Shown here one piece after another: positions 39,595 to 48,148 of a DNA stretch of 64,000 bases. The notes beneath the pieces were generated by a model that saw only the letters and a list, made by a program, of their open reading frames with translations, did no database searches and was not told where the DNA came from. Positions within the stretch are counted from its first letter, which is position 1. Each line of letters opens with the position of its first letter. A program made the translations under genes and the position numbers. The stretch comes from Elusimicrobiota bacterium (GTDB taxonomy: Bacteria; Elusimicrobiota; Elusimicrobia; Elusimicrobiales; UBA9959): the NCBI GenBank assembly GCA_036574205.1, contig JAINCQ010000040.1, forward strand, positions 45,428 through 109,427, written 5' to 3'.

Positions 39595-40772
39595 CTATTT
39601 TTGCTATAAAATTCATTTAATATTTCATTACAGTAATTTACCATATCACTTGCAATCTTATCCCACCGGTAATTTTCCTCAACTAGCTTGCGTGCATTTT
39701 CAGAAATTCTTTTTCTTTTATTATGATCTAAAAGTACTTCTATAACTTTGTCAGCAAAATCTTTACGCTGGGCAATTATCACGTTTTTTTGATCCTCCAC
39801 CGAAATACCCTCAACAGCATTTTTAGTCGCAACAACTACAAGACCACATGCTAAAGCTTCAAGGATCTTATTTCTTATACCTGCTCCAGTTCTGATAGGA
39901 GCCACAAAAACCGAAGCCTTTGATAAATACTCCCACATATTTTCTACATACCCAGTAACGATTATAGAGTTATCTTTTTGACTTAAACCCAAAATACTTT
40001 TGTGAGGGTTTTTACCTACTACATAAAACCTTATCTGTGGAATTTTAGCTTTTATATATGGGTAAATCTCATTGACAAAGAAAATTACAGTATCTACGTT
40101 TTGAAAAAAACTCATATCACCCGTAAATATCAAAGTGTAGTTAATGTGATCATTACTGGATCTTTTTATCATCTCTAACTCAACTCCATTAGGAACTACA
40201 TAAACCTTTTTTGAAGGAAAACGTTTAAGGATATAACTTTTAGCTTCATTTGATACAACAAAGAAATAATCAAAATTTCTATAATACTTTCTATCAGCAA
40301 GATAGAATCTCGGCAGTCTTGTAAGTTTTATAAGTTTATCAAATAAATTTTTTTCATAAAGCACCTCATTTAATGCGCCAGACAAACCACATGCCCACAA
40401 ATCTACAATAACAGGAATATGGTGTTGCATTAAAAAATACTCTGCCATTTGAAATTTATGTATGTGAATTAAATCATATGTTTTATTCCTAAGCAAGCTG
40501 TTAGCCAGGTTTAAAAAATTCCTGTCTATGTCATATGCTTTCAGAGTCATTAATTTTTTAAGACGCTTAGTTAGATTATTAGGTTTTAAGGGAACTGTAT
40601 ATACCGCTTCTGTAAAACTTTTTATATCATCAGAGATTTTTTCTCCTTGAGCACTAAAACATAATAGATGAGGTTTTATCCCATTTCTACTTAAATATTT
40701 AAGCTGATAGTACATTCTCAGCCCTCCGCCATAAAGATGCGGTATATGAGGAGTTACAAAAAGAACTTTCAT
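39591..40772 (-). CDS. GT4 family glycosyltransferase
   Basis: VVPNGV, FTGDM...N, API..GAG..NKILEALA.G. Confidence 0.9.
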   Translation of the reverse strand: MKVLFVTPHIPHLYGGGLRMYYQLKYLSRNGIKPHLLCFSAQGEKISDDIKSFTEAVYTVPLKPNNLTKRLKKLMTLKAYDIDRNFLNLANSLLRNKTYDLIHIHKFQMAEYFLMQHHIPVIVDLWACGLSGALNEVLYEKNLFDKLIKLTRLPRFYLADRKYYRNFDYFFVVSNEAKSYILKRFPSKKVYVVPNGVELEMIKRSSNDHINYTLIFTGDMSFFQNVDTVIFFVNEIYPYIKAKIPQIRFYVVGKNPHKSILGLSQKDNSIIVTGYVENMWEYLSKASVFVAPIRTGAGIRNKILEALACGLVVVATKNAVEGISVEDQKNVIIAQRKDFADKVIEVLLDHNKRKRISENARKLVEENYRWDKIASDMVNYCNEILNEFYSKNR

Positions 40773-41896
40773 AAAACTGCTCTCTTAAAAACGTCTAAAG
40801 TAAGTTTGGCTGTTTTATCCCAGTTAAAATTTCTAGAAACACTTAAGGCTTTTTCAGAAAGTTTATTACGAAAAGCTTTATCACTTAAAACTTTTAATAT
40901 TGCACCAAGGATTTCCTCTTCATCTATAGGATTTACGAGTACTCCTCCATCTCTAACCACCTCAGGAAGCGATGTTGTATTTGAAGCCACCACAGCAGTT
41001 CCACAATTCATTGCCTCAAGAACTGGAAGTCCAAAGCCTTCATATAAAGAAATATACACAAACACATCCGCTCCATTATAAAGATATGGTAAATCTTCAT
41101 CAGGCACATAATCAAGCAACAAAACTTCATCTTCAAGAAACAAACTTTTTATTTTATCCACTACCTCACCACCCCAGTATTTTTTACCACATAAAAGTAA
41201 TTTGTGTGATATCCTATAAACCTTCTTTAACTTTTCAAAAACTTTTATAAGTCTTACGAGATTTTTGTGTGGACCTAAGTTCCCAACATACAGAATATAT
41301 TCATTTGTTATTTTATATTTACTTTTAACTTTAATAATCTTTTCTTTATCCTCTATGACTTTAAATCTTTCATCAGCTGCTAAAGGAGTTACAAAAACTT
41401 TATCTGGATTAACCTGATAATGCTCACACAAATCTTTTTTTGTATATTCAGAGATGCTAATTATATATTTTGCTCTTTTTATCATATTTTTAAGCCTCAT
41501 ATCAAAAATTTTAGCATTTTCCTTATAACCTTCATATTTTAATACAGTGAGATCATACACCACCGCCACAATACTACATTTAGCAAAAACAGGGGAAAAA
41601 TACATAGTTGCAAAATATACATCTGGATTTAGAAAAAAGCTTTCTGTATAAGGAATATAAAAATCATTTTTAGTCCACAAGAATTCTAAAAGACGATTTG
41701 GAATAGCTATTCTATGAAAAGAAACATTTTCTGGATAGTTGAACTGTTTTTTAAAGCTAAACGATTTTAAAGTTCTAAAAAATAAAAAATAATCATTAGA
41801 CTTATCAATCTTAAAAAGATGCTTTAAGAGAGAGGAAAGATAACTTTTTCCTCCTGCATGTGCAAGTAAAGGAAGTGAATCAATTGCTATCCTCAT
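40769..41896 (-). CDS. GT4 family glycosyltransferase (mannosyltransferase-like)
   Basis: HKNL, SLYEGFGLPVLEAM.CG, TSLPEV. Confidence 0.9.
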   Translation of the reverse strand: MRIAIDSLPLLAHAGGKSYLSSLLKHLFKIDKSNDYFLFFRTLKSFSFKKQFNYPENVSFHRIAIPNRLLEFLWTKNDFYIPYTESFFLNPDVYFATMYFSPVFAKCSIVAVVYDLTVLKYEGYKENAKIFDMRLKNMIKRAKYIISISEYTKKDLCEHYQVNPDKVFVTPLAADERFKVIEDKEKIIKVKSKYKITNEYILYVGNLGPHKNLVRLIKVFEKLKKVYRISHKLLLCGKKYWGGEVVDKIKSLFLEDEVLLLDYVPDEDLPYLYNGADVFVYISLYEGFGLPVLEAMNCGTAVVASNTTSLPEVVRDGGVLVNPIDEEEILGAILKVLSDKAFRNKLSEKALSVSRNFNWDKTAKLTLDVFKRAVL

Positions 41897-41911
41897 ATAA
41901 TATAAACAATA

Positions 41912-42886
41912 CTACACAAACCATTTTTTTAGTTCCTCATTAGATATTACCCGTTCTGAAAAAATTTTTTTTCTTTTCCTTATCATCTTAAAAAGTTTAC
42001 CTAATGCCATAATATTTCCTTTAACATAAAAAAAGTTTAACCTGGCTTTTTCAAAATCTTTTGATTTTAAAAAAATAATTATCTTAAAAATAGCATAGAG
42101 AACACTTTGAAATCTCTTAAACAATCCATAAAAAATCATATCAACTGGTAAGTTTTTTATTATGCAATAATTATAATTTCTTGCCATGTAAAAAAACGTA
42201 AATGGAGAGTTTTTTTTGCTTGTACCTGCTCCTTTATGATATGCCACTGCTTCTGGAACATAAACTGCTTTCCACCCATAAATTCTTGCTCTAATAGAGA
42301 TATCTACATCTTCATAGTAAGCAAAAAAATCTTCATCAAATAATCCTATTTCTTTAAGCATCTTAATTTTATACAGGACAGATGCTGCAGTAGCACCAAA
42401 TATCTCAAAGGAGTTTTTATACTGTCCTATATCTTCTTCTCCCCATCCGATATGATAAACAAGTCCATCACGTTTTATTCCCATTCCAACAGCATCTATA
42501 ATCTTAGGGTTTTCCAGTGAAAGTATTTTTGGCTGACAAATTCCAATTTTTTCTTCACTTTCTGCAACTACAACTAACTCCTTAAGCCAATTTTTATCTA
42601 CTATTGCATCATTATTTAATAATGCTACATACTTTATATTTACATCTTCCATAGCCTTTTTTATGCCTGCATTATTTCCTCCTGTAAAACCATAATTATT
42701 ATCAAGTTGTATAATCTGAACCTGTGGGAAATGAGCTTTTATAAACTCCACTGAGCCATCGGTTGAAGCATTGTCAACTATAATAACATTGAAGTCATCA
42801 TATTCTTGTTTTAATACTGACTCAATGCATCCCTTTAAATAATCTTTTCCATTGTAGTTGACTATAATAATCGAAACTTTTGACAT
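41912..42886 (-). CDS. GT2 family glycosyltransferase (rhamnosyltransferase-like)
   Basis: IIVNYNG, VDNASTDGS, N.GF.GGNN.G, LLNND, GLFDEDFFAYYEDVD. Confidence 0.9.
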   Translation of the reverse strand: MSKVSIIIVNYNGKDYLKGCIESVLKQEYDDFNVIIVDNASTDGSVEFIKAHFPQVQIIQLDNNYGFTGGNNAGIKKAMEDVNIKYVALLNNDAIVDKNWLKELVVVAESEEKIGICQPKILSLENPKIIDAVGMGIKRDGLVYHIGWGEEDIGQYKNSFEIFGATAASVLYKIKMLKEIGLFDEDFFAYYEDVDISIRARIYGWKAVYVPEAVAYHKGAGTSKKNSPFTFFYMARNYNYCIIKNLPVDMIFYGLFKRFQSVLYAIFKIIIFLKSKDFEKARLNFFYVKGNIMALGKLFKMIRKRKKIFSERVISNEELKKWFV

Positions 42887-42902
42887 AATGTTTTTCAAAA
42901 AC

Positions 42903-44279
42903 TCAAGATTTAAGCAAATATTTATTAATCTTTAGATAACTTAAGCTTAAAAGTGCAAGGGAAAACCAGTATGGCTCCATTATCCTCACAATAATAAAGG
43001 TATTGACACCAAGGCTCTGCACCAAAAAACCAATAGTCGCACAAAAAACTCCAAGCCCAATTGACCTTTCATAAATATCTTCACTTTTGTTATAAACTTT
43101 TAAAGAAATATTTAAAATAGAATATATAAGCCATAAAAAAAGTAAAAAACCAGTTATTCCGGTTTCACCCAAAAGTAGTGAATATTGATTATCACCGAGT
43201 CCTATCCCAGTAACCCCTTTACCTAAAAGTGGATAATTTGGCAGGACATTTAAAATAACATTCTCAATGGATCTATATCTTGCATATGCTGAATCCTCAA
43301 GCTTAACAATACCAAAAGGAGTTACAACCAGATTTCTTGCCTCCCCTCCTTCATATGTTGATTTTATTCTCATTCTAACTTTTTCACCAACACCCGGAAG
43401 CAAAATACTAAAAGAAAAAATAAAAAAACTTGTAATAATAAAAAAAGGCTTTTTCTTCTTAACAAAAAACAAAAAAGTTAAAAATAAAGCAATAAACCCC
43501 ATATAACTTGCTCTTGAAAAAGTTAGTAAAAAAGAAGGATATATAAAGACAATAAGAAGCATTAAAAAAAGCGCTTTTTTCCCTCTTACCTCAGATATCA
43601 AAGCAAGTATTATTCCCATACAAAGTAGATAATATCCTCCAAGTGATGCTGGTTCCGATTCCTGTGGTTTATTAAGAGGAGCCTCAAAAGGAGCAGTAGT
43701 TCTTACAAATTCACCTGATGAATTAAAATAATAGTAATATGAATAAATTACAACAATTATCAAAACAATAACTCCATATTTTAAATATTTATAAAAATTC
43801 TTCTCGTCTTTTAAAATATTGACAACCATAAAATACATAAGATAATATTCAATAACTTTTAGAACATAGAAAAAAACCTTTTGCCAAATTAAATCTCCCC
43901 TTAAAATTCCAAGAAAACTTGATAAAACATAAACAGAAGTATACAAAAACAGTGGAAGTTGAAATGGAGTTTTTATTAAAAAAGGCTCCTTCTTAACAAC
44001 AGCAGATTTTAAAAGCCATATCAAAAATATAAGGACCAATAAAATATCGTCATATCTAACAACGACCTCTCTTCCCGGAATTTTTCCAACCCCAATTTCT
44101 GGAGAAAAAAGCATTGAAAAAATTAATATTATAACTGCTTTTACAGGGTTTATAAATGTTATAAAAACAACAATAAGGCTAAATATAAAAATGATAAGTT
44201 TTGCTGGATTTATACTCCCTGCATTTTTCCCTATAAAAAAAGCGATAAAAATAAAAAAAAGAAAAACAGCTAATTGCAT
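42903..44279 (-). CDS. Wzy polymerase / O-antigen ligase family membrane protein
   Basis: About 12 TMs; TFSRAS, P.LG.G, DNQY..LLGETG..G; lies after wzc. Confidence 0.8.
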   Translation of the reverse strand: MQLAVFLFFIFIAFFIGKNAGSINPAKLIIFIFSLIVVFITFINPVKAVIILIFSMLFSPEIGVGKIPGREVVVRYDDILLVLIFLIWLLKSAVVKKEPFLIKTPFQLPLFLYTSVYVLSSFLGILRGDLIWQKVFFYVLKVIEYYLMYFMVVNILKDEKNFYKYLKYGVIVLIIVVIYSYYYYFNSSGEFVRTTAPFEAPLNKPQESEPASLGGYYLLCMGIILALISEVRGKKALFLMLLIVFIYPSFLLTFSRASYMGFIALFLTFLFFVKKKKPFFIITSFFIFSFSILLPGVGEKVRMRIKSTYEGGEARNLVVTPFGIVKLEDSAYARYRSIENVILNVLPNYPLLGKGVTGIGLGDNQYSLLLGETGITGFLLFLWLIYSILNISLKVYNKSEDIYERSIGLGVFCATIGFLVQSLGVNTFIIVRIMEPYWFSLALLSLSYLKINKYLLKS

Positions 44280-44280
44280 T

Positions 44281-46161
44281 TCATCGCCTTGAAGTAGAAT
44301 ACTCCGAATATTCGGTATAATAACTATATCTTGGTCCTAATTCGCTAGTCTTAATACCATTTAAAACAACGCCTATCATTTTAACCCCAACGCCAGTTAT
44401 CTGGTCTTTTGCGCGTTTTAACGCGGTCCTTGCTATTTTACCTGATTTATAAACAAGTATAGCACCATCAACTTTTTTACCTATTACTATGCTATCTACG
44501 AAAAGAAGAACCGGCGGGCCATCAAATATTATAAGATCAAAATATGACTTCATATCATCTATTATGTCCTTCCAGTTGGCATTATCTATGATATCAATAG
44601 GGTTATACGGTGTTGTACCACTTGTTATTATTTTAAGGTTTTCTGCTCCGGGAAATTTAATAAGAGCACCCGGAGAAAAATCTCCACTAACAAAATCTGT
44701 AACATCTCTTAAAACTTCATCTAAATCGGCTTTATTTACAAGCAAATCAGCCAATCCTGGACTTTTATAAGTTGAAAATATCTGATGGATAACAGGTCTT
44801 CTAAAGTCTGCTTCAACAAAAAGAGTTTTTAATCCAGCACTTGATGATGCCAATGCCAGATTTAAAGCAGTTAAAGTTTTACCTTCAGCCGCGCCAGCAG
44901 ATGTTATCACTAAAGCCAGCGAACCCTTTTTTTCTGTATTAGACATTATGTTTGCCCTTAATGTATGATAGGACTCCACAATATTTGTAGTTATCCTTTT
45001 ATTAAAGATAAGAGCGCTTCTAAATCCTTCAAGCGAAAACCTTTCTTTTTTAAATAAATTAACAAGCCAGTTATCAGAAATTTGCGAAGATCTTATATGT
45101 GGAATTATACCAAGGATTGGGGCATTTAAAAATGCTTCTATATCTTCTATCGTACTTATTGAAACATCAAGATTTTCAAGAATGAAGACTATAACAATGC
45201 CAAGAAAAAGCCCCATCAATATACCTACTGCAAGATTCAATTTTTTATTTGGAAGTATAGGGGTGGTATTTAAAACAGGAGGATTTATGACAGTGACAAA
45301 AGAAACTATTGACGAAAGCCCAAGCTTTGCCTCTTCATACTGTTTATTTATTGTTGTATAAAGTTCTTCTTGAAGTTTAATTTCTCTTTCAATTCTTAAT
45401 AATTCCAGCTCGCGATAAGGCATTTGTTTTAAGCGTGCGTTAAGAGTTTGAAGTTTTTTATCTATCAAAACTACATCAGGATGATTTTCAGTATATTTTT
45501 CCATTAATTCTTTCTTTTTTATTTCAAGATCTGATATCTGATCGCTTATTATTGAAGCCATTCCAGTATTTGGATTTTTTTGTATAAAATTTCTCTTCTG
45601 GCTTTCAAGACTTTCAAGCTTCCTTTCCACCTCCATCTTTCTCTGAAGTATATCGTTAAACGTTTTTTTTGCCTGAGCGCTTTTTTGTTCAAGATCATAT
45701 TCCTTGTAAGAATCAATTACAGCATTAACTATATCATAAGCTTTATATGGATTTGGGGAATAAGAAGTTATGGATATAAGATTTGTATCCTGAACCCTCT
45801 CGGCTTTATATGAGGCAAGCACCTCCAATGCAATTTTATTCAAATCCAATTCGCTTTGAGAAGTAACAAGGTTTAATTTTAATACAGCTTTTTTTGCTAT
45901 CTCAATTGAAGAAATAACTTTTATTTCAGTGTTAACTGCACCCCATGGATCTATATCCATAACATCAGATCCGGGAATCTGCGAATATATTTTCGGTGGC
46001 TGAATCTTTATAACCGCTGAACTTGAGTATATAGGTGGGGAAAGTTTTGTATAGAAAACAGTTGCAAGAATAGTAATAAGAAAGATAGAAAAAAAAGCAA
46101 ATTTTCTCTTATTAAGTATTCTCCAGTAATCATAAAGTGTAAATCCGTCATTACTGTTCAT
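44281..46161 (-). CDS. wzc: Polysaccharide co-polymerase / tyrosine autokinase
   Basis: Two TMs flanking a periplasmic coiled coil (YTENHPDV); Walker A AEGKT, A' EADFRRP, B FDGPP; Tyr cluster YSYYTEYSEY. Confidence 0.93.
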   Translation of the reverse strand: MNSNDGFTLYDYWRILNKRKFAFFSIFLITILATVFYTKLSPPIYSSSAVIKIQPPKIYSQIPGSDVMDIDPWGAVNTEIKVISSIEIAKKAVLKLNLVTSQSELDLNKIALEVLASYKAERVQDTNLISITSYSPNPYKAYDIVNAVIDSYKEYDLEQKSAQAKKTFNDILQRKMEVERKLESLESQKRNFIQKNPNTGMASIISDQISDLEIKKKELMEKYTENHPDVVLIDKKLQTLNARLKQMPYRELELLRIEREIKLQEELYTTINKQYEEAKLGLSSIVSFVTVINPPVLNTTPILPNKKLNLAVGILMGLFLGIVIVFILENLDVSISTIEDIEAFLNAPILGIIPHIRSSQISDNWLVNLFKKERFSLEGFRSALIFNKRITTNIVESYHTLRANIMSNTEKKGSLALVITSAGAAEGKTLTALNLALASSSAGLKTLFVEADFRRPVIHQIFSTYKSPGLADLLVNKADLDEVLRDVTDFVSGDFSPGALIKFPGAENLKIITSGTTPYNPIDIIDNANWKDIIDDMKSYFDLIIFDGPPVLLFVDSIVIGKKVDGAILVYKSGKIARTALKRAKDQITGVGVKMIGVVLNGIKTSELGPRYSYYTEYSEYSTSRR

Positions 46162-46164
46162 ATT

Positions 46165-46860
46165 TTATTTCCTCGCTATAATTCCAACACTCATAGCAAA
46201 AGTGGCAAGGATCGTCCATGGTATTATATTATCACTTATCCATTTAGTTGTGGATGTGAATTTTTGTCTTGGGATATAGACTATATCACCGGGCATAAGC
46301 TCTATATTTTTATCCAGGCTACCTTTAAAAAAACTTTCCATTGAGACAGCAAAAATTTCCTCCTTGATTTTTCCCTGTTTATCCTTCAATTTTCTATAAA
46401 CCTTTATATTCTTGCTATCAGCATAATCAGTGGGACCACCACTGGCAGCTATTAAATCAAGAAGTTTCATTCCTTCACTATATTCATAATAACCGCTCCT
46501 TTGAATCTGCCCTATTATAGCCACTTTATATGCCGAAAATTTTCTTACACTAACAGTCACCCTTGGATTTGCAACATATTTAGAATACATATCAGAGAGA
46601 AGATTTTCTATTTCCGATATTTTCATCCCACTTACTTTTATTCCTCCCAATAAGGCAAGATCTATTGTTCCATCAGGCGAAACAGTTATCTCTTTTGAAA
46701 ACTCCTCAGCAGGAGAAATATTTATACTCAAAACATCGCCATTTGAAATACGATAATCAGAGTTTAAAATCTGAACACCAGAGGGCAAATCAATAGAAAA
46801 CAATGTACTCTGCGAAAAAAACAAAATTATAATAAAAATGGAAATTATTTTTTTTGTCAT
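46165..46860 (-). CDS. wza: Polysaccharide export protein (Poly_export + SLBB), short OPX
   Basis: YRISNGDVL, V.PDG.I.L.LLG, YVANP.VTV, G.I...G.Y, L.PGDIVYIP. Confidence 0.88.
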   Translation of the reverse strand: MTKKIISIFIIILFFSQSTLFSIDLPSGVQILNSDYRISNGDVLSINISPAEEFSKEITVSPDGTIDLALLGGIKVSGMKISEIENLLSDMYSKYVANPRVTVSVRKFSAYKVAIIGQIQRSGYYEYSEGMKLLDLIAASGGPTDYADSKNIKVYRKLKDKQGKIKEEIFAVSMESFFKGSLDKNIELMPGDIVYIPRQKFTSTTKWISDNIIPWTILATFAMSVGIIARK

Positions 46861-46873
46861 ATTTCTTCCCTTT

Positions 46874-47407
46874 TCATTTTATTTGTCCAACAATAGTTTT
46901 TACTATTGTTCTTAATTCTTCAACTGAGTTTTCAAGTTCTGAAATCCTCTCTCCCGACACAGAACCAAGTCCAGTCTTTCCTTTTTTTGAAAGAAAATCA
47001 AGCTTGCTTTCAAGCATATTTATTCTATTAGATATCTCATCTGGTATTTTAGCGCTACTTGAAGAAACAGTTATATACTTAAAAAAAGCCATAAAAACCA
47101 ATATACTGAAAAGAAGAAATGCAATAATCCCGGCAAAAAGAACATATTCATATCCAGAAATAAGTCCAAGAATAATAACAATTATTGCTGAAAGAAGAGA
47201 AAAGAGAAGTGTTTCTTTGTTTTCACTCCATATAACATTAAACTTGCTAGAGGGGGGCTGGTGGGTATGAGAAGAGATAATTTGATATTTAGGCAACTCA
47301 TTGTCAGAAACTTGCTCGTTTATCTCTACAAAAGATTTAACACTATCATCTATGTCCATCTCAGATTTCAAATCATTAATAAGCTTTTCTAATTTATTTC
47401 CCCTCAT
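46874..47407 (-). CDS. Hypothetical membrane protein (2 TM plus C-terminal coiled coil)
   Basis: ATG 47407 with GGAG RBS; two hydrophobic helices, then heptads RISELENSVEELRTIV. Confidence 0.75.
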   Translation of the reverse strand: MRGNKLEKLINDLKSEMDIDDSVKSFVEINEQVSDNELPKYQIISSHTHQPPSSKFNVIWSENKETLLFSLLSAIIVIILGLISGYEYVLFAGIIAFLLFSILVFMAFFKYITVSSSSAKIPDEISNRINMLESKLDFLSKKGKTGLGSVSGERISELENSVEELRTIVKTIVGQIK

Positions 47408-48146
47408 CGCTATCTCCATCAAATTTCATTTCACTTTCATTTATTCCAAGTTTTCTAATTACATCATCTAACTTTTTTTCTCTTTCGGATATAATCTTTT
47501 CTCTTATATTAAGATCATCTTTGAGTTTTTCAAACGTTTTAACAAGCTCCTTCTTTTTTCTCAAATATTCCTCCTCAAGTTTTCTCTCTTTGATTTTAAT
47601 CTCTATGTTTTTCTTATCATATTCATTTTCAAGTTTACTTTTAAGTGTTTCCAGTTCTTTATTTTTCTCATCCCATCTTTTTAAAAGTTCCATTTCTTTT
47701 ATTCTAAAATTGTCATAAAATTCCTGAGTTTTTCTTGAATATTCGCTTACCAATCTAGCTCTTTCTGAGGAAATCTCCATCATCTTGGCTTCCATTTTGC
47801 GATTTTGTTCTTCAATCTCCTTTTTTAATGAAAGATTCTCACTTATAATCTTATCCCTTTGCTTTTTCAAATCCTCGTTTTCTTCCTTAAGAGCGGATAT
47901 CTCTGAGTTGAGTTTTTCAATTTTGGCATCAAATTTCTTCTGCAAATATTTCATTTTCTCTTCATACTCTCTTTCCTTTTCTCTTATAAATTCATCAGAG
48001 GACTGAATCTGAGAGGCAAACTCCTCCATAAGCGCTATCATCTCAACAGATGCTGGATTTTTATCAGCCCATAATTTATCAGCAAACTTAACAAGTTTAG
48101 AATAAAGTTCTTCTGGAATACATTTTACACCTTTTAATATATTCAT
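47394..48146 (-). CDS. Hypothetical coiled-coil protein (250 aa)
   Basis: E/K-rich heptads after a short N-terminal head; tightly coupled to both neighbours. Confidence 0.8.
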   Translation of the reverse strand: MNILKGVKCIPEELYSKLVKFADKLWADKNPASVEMIALMEEFASQIQSSDEFIREKEREYEEKMKYLQKKFDAKIEKLNSEISALKEENEDLKKQRDKIISENLSLKKEIEEQNRKMEAKMMEISSERARLVSEYSRKTQEFYDNFRIKEMELLKRWDEKNKELETLKSKLENEYDKKNIEIKIKERKLEEEYLRKKKELVKTFEKLKDDLNIREKIISEREKKLDDVIRKLGINESEMKFDGDSDEGK

Positions 48147-48148
48147 AA

